NCBI GenBank assembly: GCA_048886685.1
Contig: JBHLKM010000002.1
Location: forward strand, 231,532-295,531
DNA from: Candidatus Hodarchaeota archaeon
Lineage (GTDB): Archaea; Asgardarchaeota; Lokiarchaeia; Sigyniarchaeales; SOKP01
Length of the DNA: 64,000 nucleotides
Direction of reading: 5' to 3'
In this document: piece after piece, positions 59,138 to 64,000 of the stretch
Layout of the letters: each line of letters begins with the position of its first letter
Position numbering within the stretch: position 1 is the first letter of the stretch
The notes under the pieces: model-generated
Seen by the model: only the letters and a program-made list of their open reading frames with translations
What the model was told of the DNA's origin: nothing
Database searches by the model: none
Translations under genes and position numbers: made by a program

Positions 59138-61126
59138 TTAGGCAGGAATAGCATCCATTACTTTCCCTACAATTGGGAAAGCCTTAATGAATCTTTTTCC
59201 TAATACTCCTATACATCTGGCTATAAGAGTAACTTTTTTGATCTTACCATTACGGTAATCGTCTAAAGCAATTTTGATTTTATCAACATCGCTCCCTATT
59301 CTTTTTCTCAAATAACTTTCAAGATCCTGAATTCCATCCATTATATCTGATATTTGCTCTGTATATTGTTTAATAAGAATTGTATCACTCTTAATCGAAT
59401 CACATTTTACGTTAATATCTCTTAGTAAATCTGTTAATTTTTCCACCCGGTCGCTCATTCCTTTAATAATCACTTGAGTATTATCTTCTTGTTTTTCCAT
59501 TGTTAGCGATAGCGCAACATCTTCTTTATCGTATCTGCCTTGAGCAAAACCCTCCAATGTTCTGTGAGAGGTATCCTGTGCCTGTTTAAGTTGTTCTAAA
59601 AGGAAGAAATTATTTTGCAATAAAATAGAAGAGAGAGCATTCTGAGCTTCATCAATATCTAACCCACAATCAATAACTAATTCTTTAGCATTCATATTTT
59701 TTACTTTTTTCTCGAAATCTTTCCTCGAAATTTGTCTAGGTACTAATAGATTACATACATATTCGATCTCAAATGGTTGAATTTCTATCGTCTCTTGATT
59801 ACCTGAAGGATTTGTATAAGTAATTATAGCCCCAATTGTATCTCCAACGCAACTTTCTAATGCTTTTAATTTAAAAGTGGGGGCTTCAAATGATCTTGGT
59901 CTTAGGGAATCTATTTTGTATAGGTCATCCATAACCTCTAAGCATGAAGGTACTTGTGTTAAGAGGATTTGAATATTTGTAATTACAAATTTCGAGTTAT
60001 TAATAATTTTTGGCTTGTAATAAAATACAGATTGATCTCCTTCGACTTTCCAGTCTCCACCTCTTAAGACTTCTATCTCATTTTTATTAAATTGGTCTTT
60101 TTCAAGATCCCCAGTTGTTTCAAATCGCTGTTCAAATTCTAGTTTCTCAACTATGTCAAATTCACGGTTAGCTTGAGCCGAAATTACATCTAAATTGTAT
60201 TCTGTTGCTTTTTGAAGAATGGCGTATAGCATAGTTTTAGCTTTAGTATATTGCTCTTTTTTAATTAACTTTCCAACTTTCGATAAATCTACTTCGAGCT
60301 GTTCTTCCATTATTTTTGCTTCTTTAGCCCTTTTTTCCTCATCGATTTTATTTTTGCATAAATCAAGCTGAGAATTAGCTTCTTCAAGAATTTCCTTAAA
60401 GATATATAGTTCAGCTTCTTTAAATATAGATTCTAATTCAGGTTTAGCTTTTGAATATTGCTCCTTTTCTATTAACTTTTCGGTTTTCAGTAATTTTTTT
60501 TCAAGATCACTCATTTTTGCTTTTTCATCACTACTAAAGTATCTTTCCTCTAAAATTTCCCAGTTTTGACTCATTGCAAGTTTCATTTTTTCCTTTTCCC
60601 CTAACTTTTTATAAGTTGCAGCTAGATTGTCCCAAGCCACATCGAAATTACGATCTACTAATATAGCGTTTTTAAATGACCTTATCGCGCCACTGTATAA
60701 TTTTTTTTGAAGCTGACCTTGAGCAAGTTCATACCAATAGTCTTTATTATTTGAATTGATGTCACATGCGTGTTTATACTGCTGAATTGCCTGGTCATAA
60801 TTTTTCTCATCATAATTTATTCTTGCAAGATTAGCCCATGCCTTATCAAAATCCTGTTTGAAGCTTAAGCTTTTTTTAAACGCTTCAATTGCTTCTTTAT
60901 TCTTCTTCATATCCCTATAAGTTAATCCGAGTTTGTTCCATATAGAATAGTTCTCTTTATTAACCTTTGTTAAATAATGAGTATAATATGATACGGCTCT
61001 CTTGTATTCACCTAAATTATAATACGCTGCTCCGATTTTCCTTAAATTCTTCTCATCGTTTGGATTCTTTTTCAATTCCTTTCTACACTCCCTAACTATT
61101 TCTTGGAGGTCCTTTTTTGATAACAT
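59138..61126 (-). CDS. TPR protein with coiled coil and C-terminal adaptin/coatomer appendage-like region
   Basis: N-terminal TPRs (WNKLGLTY, AWANLARI, AWDNLAATY), then a beta-sandwich-like segment and a PRQISRKDFEKKV platform-like segment. Confidence 0.7.
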   Translation of the reverse strand: MLSKKDLQEIVRECRKELKKNPNDEKNLRKIGAAYYNLGEYKRAVSYYTHYLTKVNKENYSIWNKLGLTYRDMKKNKEAIEAFKKSLSFKQDFDKAWANLARINYDEKNYDQAIQQYKHACDINSNNKDYWYELAQGQLQKKLYSGAIRSFKNAILVDRNFDVAWDNLAATYKKLGEKEKMKLAMSQNWEILEERYFSSDEKAKMSDLEKKLLKTEKLIEKEQYSKAKPELESIFKEAELYIFKEILEEANSQLDLCKNKIDEEKRAKEAKIMEEQLEVDLSKVGKLIKKEQYTKAKTMLYAILQKATEYNLDVISAQANREFDIVEKLEFEQRFETTGDLEKDQFNKNEIEVLRGGDWKVEGDQSVFYYKPKIINNSKFVITNIQILLTQVPSCLEVMDDLYKIDSLRPRSFEAPTFKLKALESCVGDTIGAIITYTNPSGNQETIEIQPFEIEYVCNLLVPRQISRKDFEKKVKNMNAKELVIDCGLDIDEAQNALSSILLQNNFFLLEQLKQAQDTSHRTLEGFAQGRYDKEDVALSLTMEKQEDNTQVIIKGMSDRVEKLTDLLRDINVKCDSIKSDTILIKQYTEQISDIMDGIQDLESYLRKRIGSDVDKIKIALDDYRNGKIKKVTLIARCIGVLGKRFIKAFPIVGKVMDAIPA

Positions 61127-61602
61127 GCTATTTTTATCCCTCGTAAGATAATTTTATCTACTTTTTATTAATAAATTCTATAGTTAATTAAGGAAAATGA
61201 TATTACATGGATATTCTCAGAAACTTATTTTATCCATTAGTATTCCTAATATTATATAGAATTTTTCAGATTTCTTTTTTAATTTTTATTAATAAAAGTT
61301 TATATTTAACGTTTTTGTCGCTGGTAATTAATTCAAAAAATACTTATTCTTAATAATTGAAATTTTAAAGAGAAATAATAAGATGTATTTATTAATGTTA
61401 GGTTTGATATTTAATTATAAAAAGACAAATGTATCAAAATTATGGATTTGTTATTGCTTTATTCATCACGATTATTTCTATAACAAATTTTATTTATAGA
61501 TTTTAGATAATTAAAAAGAAAAAGTAGAAAAGAAAATACTAAATTTTGATTAATTAAGAAAAATAGAAAAACTAAAATTCCCAACTTAAATTTTTTATTT
61601 CC

Positions 61603-62841
61603 ATGTTTTTGGATTACTTTTTTTATCTTAAAGAAATATTACCGGTAAGTATTACTGAGTTTATGACCTTATTGGAGGCACTCGATAAGGGTTTGATAAA
61701 AAACACTGTCGATTTTTACTATATCTCTCGTTCAATCCTATGTAAGAATGAGCATCAATTTGATATTTATGACATCGCTTTCGCTAATTATTTCAAAGAT
61801 GCTGGATTAGATTTTCCAGAGGATATTAGACAAGAGATTTGGGATTGGCTCCAAACAAACATATCAATCTTTCGTATGCCTGGAGTCATTAAAGAATTTT
61901 TTGGAAATATGAGTTTAGAAGAGTTAGAAGAACAGTTCAGAAAGTTACTCAGAGAGCAGGATGGAGAACATAATTTTGGGGCAAAATGGATTGGTACACA
62001 AGGACAATCTAAATTTGGGCATTCAGGGATTAATATAGATGGATATAGAATTGGTGATAGTTATGGTATGCATACAGCGGTAAAAATAGCTCAAAAAAGG
62101 ATCTTTAAAGATTATCGAAAAGACTTAATCATAGATACGCGCCAAATTAAAATCGCATTAAAACGTTTAAAAAGATTAGATGAAATAGGAAAAAAAGATG
62201 AGTTAGACCTCCCAAAGACAATACATGAGACTGGGCGAAATGGTGGTGATATTGAGCTGATCTTTAATAAAAGGAAAAAGAATAATATAAAGCTCTTACT
62301 TTTGATGGATGTTGGTGGAACAATGGATATTTATATTCACCAAGTAAATCTTTTATTTTCTGCGGCTAACAATATATCTCATTGGAAGGATTTTAAATAC
62401 TATTACTTTCATAATTGTATTTATAATTATTTATATGAGAATGCTGAAAGAAATACAGATCAAGCAATTGAATTTGAGGATTTTTTAAAAAAATACGATG
62501 ATTCCTACCGTGTAATAATTGTGGGAGATCAAACTATGCACCGTAGTGAATTAGTCAATCCGCATGGTGCTATTTATGATGATGCAAGTAACAAAAAGCC
62601 AGGCCTGTATTATGTAAATGAACTTGCTAAGCATTATAAAAAAAATGTGATTTGGTTAAATCCCGAACCAGTTACATTTGATTGGATGTCATGGACCAAA
62701 ATGAAAATCTCAAAAATCATTCCAACTTTCCATCTGACCATTAGGGGCATTGAAAAAGCTATGGATTACTTGAGAACTGGTGGTAAAAATCAATATACAA
62801 CAGTAGACCTACTTAAAGAAGTACCTTTGGCACTTTTTTAA
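61603..62841 (+). CDS. vWA domain protein (CoxE-like, MoxR partner)
   Basis: WIGTQGQSKFGHSG, LMDVGGTM, YYYFHNCIY, IIVGD, WLNP. Confidence 0.88.
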   Translation: MFLDYFFYLKEILPVSITEFMTLLEALDKGLIKNTVDFYYISRSILCKNEHQFDIYDIAFANYFKDAGLDFPEDIRQEIWDWLQTNISIFRMPGVIKEFFGNMSLEELEEQFRKLLREQDGEHNFGAKWIGTQGQSKFGHSGINIDGYRIGDSYGMHTAVKIAQKRIFKDYRKDLIIDTRQIKIALKRLKRLDEIGKKDELDLPKTIHETGRNGGDIELIFNKRKKNNIKLLLLMDVGGTMDIYIHQVNLLFSAANNISHWKDFKYYYFHNCIYNYLYENAERNTDQAIEFEDFLKKYDDSYRVIIVGDQTMHRSELVNPHGAIYDDASNKKPGLYYVNELAKHYKKNVIWLNPEPVTFDWMSWTKMKISKIIPTFHLTIRGIEKAMDYLRTGGKNQYTTVDLLKEVPLALF

Positions 62842-62858
62842 ATTATTTCTAGAAGTTT

Positions 62859-63254
62859 CTAGTAGTATCGATAGATCTTTTCCCACCATTTGTTTTTAAG
62901 ATAAATTATAGCAATACCAAAAAGATCTAAATCTTCAAAATCTTGATGATTCCCCTTTAATACTATAAGATCTTTACCATCTTTTGAATATATTTCTCTT
63001 TTTTCTTTAGAAAACTCAAAAACAGGCTCTTCTCTAAAATATATCGTTGAATTTAAAATAAAACCTACCATTTCATTACCAATAAAAATATCATCATGAT
63101 CGTCAAGTTTCAGTAGAATATGCCCATTTTCGTTCTTAACGAGATAACCATCTAAAAATCCAATTAATGTTTGTTTTCTATTAAAGAATTTTTTTTTCTC
63201 AACATATCCTATAATTTTTTTCTTCCTATTTAACACTTCTATAATAATTATCAC
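62859..63254 (-). CDS. Hypothetical protein (short beta-repeat)
   Basis: Repeated N.K...IG(Y/F) units; the start may be ATA 63242, after GAGGTGA. Confidence 0.55.
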   Translation of the reverse strand: MIIIIEVLNRKKKIIGYVEKKKFFNRKQTLIGFLDGYLVKNENGHILLKLDDHDDIFIGNEMVGFILNSTIYFREEPVFEFSKEKREIYSKDGKDLIVLKGNHQDFEDLDLFGIAIIYLKNKWWEKIYRYY

Positions 63255-63290
63255 CTCTACCCTTTCTTATACATATCTCTATAAATATAC

Positions 63291-63620
63291 TTAGAGATAT
63301 AAATTAATTTCTTCTAAGTAGACTTTTAACATTGAAATTAGCCAACATACTTTTTCATAACTAAGAGGAGAATCCATTATTTTTTGAACCCGCTCGATAA
63401 CATCTTGTTCAGAAAAACTACCATGACCTTTTTCAAATATCATTTGGAATTCTGCAAGAGCCCAACATAATGCATCATAAGGATAATATTTTTTTGAAAG
63501 CTCCTTAGCTGTATACTTAGCTTTTGATCTTAATTTTTGATTTAATTCAATTTTAACTCTAAAATCATTCTCTCTAATTACAGGTTCTAGTACATTTGTA
63601 TTATCTTTAGCTTTTAACAT
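63291..63620 (-). CDS. Hypothetical protein with internal duplicated Y..(L/V)CW motif
   Basis: YDALCWALA and YEKVCWLIS; ATG 63620 follows GAGGTGG. Confidence 0.6.
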   Translation of the reverse strand: MLKAKDNTNVLEPVIRENDFRVKIELNQKLRSKAKYTAKELSKKYYPYDALCWALAEFQMIFEKGHGSFSEQDVIERVQKIMDSPLSYEKVCWLISMLKVYLEEINLYL

Positions 63621-63748
63621 TTTTAGAACCACCTCATTTTTTATTTTAATTATAATGAATTTTATTCAAGAAATAAAAAACAACAGCAATAAACGAAATC
63701 CGATGAGTTCAGAGAGAATTTCCAAATAAATACTTTTTAAAAGGATGC

Positions 63749-63949
63749 CTATCTAAATTTTTTTTGTAATCTTTCTAACAAGCTATCTAATTTCTTCTGA
63801 TATCGCCATTGAAGTATACTATACTTATATTCATCTTTTACTATGAACTCGGAACGTCTAATTTCACTTTCACCGGAATATATAAGTTTATTAATGGTGT
63901 TTCTCCCTTGATTAATCTTTTTAAGTGATTCTTGATTTTTTTTCTGCAT
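63749..63949 (-). CDS. Small hypothetical protein
   Basis: 66-aa ORF preceded by AAGGAG. Confidence 0.45.
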   Translation of the reverse strand: MQKKNQESLKKINQGRNTINKLIYSGESEIRRSEFIVKDEYKYSILQWRYQKKLDSLLERLQKKFR

Positions 63950-64000
63950 TTTATCATTCTCCTTTTATACTATATTATCTAACTATTAATACATGACAAG

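Noticed and set aside
1-64000. tRNA, rRNA, transposase or integrase genes, including tRNA-Sec and sel genes
   Set aside because: None were recognised by eye, so the Sec machinery must be encoded elsewhere. A tRNAscan-SE/Infernal run would be needed to exclude RNA genes formally.

Overview
AT-rich archaeal genomic DNA, most likely from an Asgard archaeon (Lokiarchaeia-like). The basis is Rag-like and Rab/Arf-like small GTPases, a uDENN/longin-like protein, a TPR protein with an adaptin-ear-like tail, TFB and a eukaryote-type SECIS. About 27 kb (7681-34397) is dominated by two heterodisulfide-reductase clusters encoding 5 HdrA-like, 4 MvhD-like, 2 HdrD-like and 2 FrhB-like proteins. A third FrhB lies at 858-2348. 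No hydrogenase large subunit or HdrB is seen. The main signal is missed by the ORF track: a selenoprotein pair, hdrA (7681-9624, four in-frame TGA) and mvhD/vhuD (9628-10101, two in-frame TGA). All six TGAs align to Cys in Cys-containing paralogs in this same window. They are followed by a eukaryote-like SECIS (about 10088-10146) whose AUGA core contains the vhuD stop codon. The SECIS sits exactly where a MvhD-wHTH fusion, intact in the Cys paralog, is split. Other observations: an Ig-like domain shared by an F420-type redox protein (in a Rag GTPase/HEAT gene cluster) and a DENN-like protein; non-AUG starts; a 133-bp tandem repeat; a pair of ~119-bp direct repeats in the interval separating moxR from its vWA partner; and several gene remnants. 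All family assignments come from reading motifs by eye; no database searches were run.
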